A stretch of DNA of 64,000 bases from NCBI GenBank assembly GCA_000004695.1, contig CM000151.3, positions 7,776,001 through 7,840,000 of the forward strand, written 5' to 3'. Shown in pieces: positions 62,828 through 64,000 of this stretch. The notes beneath the pieces were generated by a model. It worked only from the letters and a program-made list of their open reading frames with translations, was not told the origin of the DNA and ran no database searches. Source of the stretch: Dictyostelium discoideum. Its lineage: Eukaryota. Position 1 is the stretch's first letter. The number at the start of each line of letters is the position of its first letter. Both the position numbers and the translations under genes were made by a program.

Positions 62828-63444
62828 TTAAGCAGTTGGTTGGAAAGCAATGGTATCTTCACCATCGATGATGTAACCGAAAGAGAAGGATTGACCTGGT
62901 TGGATGACTGGGTACCATTGGAGTGACCAGAGGTTAGTGGCTTCATTGACTGAGAGACCCCAGATTGAGTTTGGACGATTTGGAGAAGAGGTGAAAGTTG
63001 GGTTGGTAACAGTGACTGAACCAGTGTTGGTAATTGTACCACCGAATTGAGAGACAGTTTTACCGTTTTCAAACCATGAGGAGTAACGAGTTTGATCAAT
63101 CTTTAATGGTGAAGTAGTGTTGGTACAGACACATTGTGGTTTAATGTAATAGATTGAAGTTGGTTTGCTACAGTATGAACCGAACCAGGCGTCAGCTTCA
63201 GTACGTAAGACACCACCGATAACTCTTGGTGGGCTAGCTCTTAAACCATAGTAACGACCAAAGATGTATGAGGAATCCATTGGGATGTTTGACATACAGA
63301 TTTTGCAAAGTAAATCACTGTTGAAGGTACCCCAGACAATGGTTTTGAAGTCAGCCCACAAAAGAGCAGCTGAGCACATGGCGCATGGCTCTATAGGAGT
63401 TTGTTAGTTGTTCAATTGATTGATCACATGATCATTCATTATTA

Positions 63445-63489
<45 letters not shown>

Positions 63490-63940
63490 AGTGTTTGTAG
63501 ATTAAAACATTATTATTACATATTAATTACTTACCACCAGAAGTGTAAAGAGTGTAGTTGGTGAAAGAGGTGATACCGTGTAAAGCAGTACAGTTGTTGA
63601 TGGCAACGATTTCACCGTGTGAAATGATATTTGGTTTACCAGTGTTGACACCAAGACACATTAAAGTACCATTTTGGTGGTAGATTGAAGCAACGAATTT
63701 CTTGTTTTGTTGTTTGGCGATGGCAAGGACGTAAGCCATACGTTCTTCGTGCATACCTAATTTTTGTGGATCGAGATCAGCTGGAGTGAGAACTTGAACG
63801 TTATCAGTTGGTTTCCAACTGGCTTTTTGAGTAGCAGTACATTCACCAATGGTTGAAGTGTTTGGGTTGAATTCATCGCATGCAAATGAAATTGCAAACA
63901 AAGCAAAGAAGATAGTAAATAATAAAGCGATTTTATTCAT
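62828..63940 (-). CDS. Secreted CMP/dCMP-type zinc deaminase domain fused to a C-terminal Thr/Ser-rich beta module; complement(join(62828..63390,63535..63940))
   Basis: Signal peptide 'MNKIALLFTIFFALFAISFA'; deaminase zinc motifs 'ISHGEIVAI' (H-x-E) and 'SGEPCAMCSAALLW' (PCxxC) spanning a GTAAGT intron in phase; C-terminal ~190 aa 'WGLSVNEATNLWSLQWYPVIQPGQSFSFGYIIDGEDTIAF' is beta-rich and carbohydrate-binding-module-like. Strong GC3 codon bias. Confidence 0.7.
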
Positions 63941-64000
63941 TTTTTGAAAAAAATATTTTATTATTGGTAATGTTTTTTTTTTTAATTATTAATAATGGTA

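Noticed and set aside
62803-63099. 98-aa ORF overlapping the deaminase gene in another frame
   Set aside because: It lies fully inside the better-supported deaminase exon 2 and has no domain signal; a frame artefact.

Overview
This window is AT-rich (~78% A+T) with long poly(dA)/(dT) tracts, abundant AAT/ATT/CAA/GAT trinucleotide repeats (many of them coding), short GT..AG introns and dense genes on both strands. That pattern, and the protein matches, fit Dictyostelium discoideum-type nuclear DNA, so no prokaryotic system (CRISPR, operons, defence islands) is present. I model about 25 protein-coding genes by hand-splicing the ORF track. On the + strand: EMC2/TTC35, a double-PHD-finger protein, a RING/TRAF/MATH protein, a Sec1-family protein, AP-2 mu, a 7-exon secreted modular glycoprotein, ribosomal protein S3a, a tandem-duplicated threonine dehydratase, a TM9SF/Phg1-type nonaspanin, endonuclease III and a mitoribosomal mS38-like protein. 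On the - strand: tRNase Z (partial), mitochondrial Met-tRNA formyltransferase, Mn-SOD, an RRM/Gly-Tyr-rich RNA-binding protein, G-protein beta (gpbA), an ankyrin protein, an OTU deubiquitinase, an MscS-like channel, a giant low-complexity protein, Seh1 and a secreted zinc-deaminase. There is one tRNA-Arg(ACG) gene with a downstream external B-box. The most unusual items are (1) a threonine dehydratase whose N-terminal half is a degenerate second dehydratase copy lacking the PLP lysine; (2) a signal-peptide zinc deaminase with a C-terminal beta-rich module, next to the tRNA and a complex non-coding block with inverted repeats; (3) an apparent +1 frameshift between RNP2 and RNP1 of the RRM gene; and (4) a 7-exon gene with all introns in phase 1. 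All coordinates are from manual translation without alignment tools, so splice junctions may be off by a few nucleotides.
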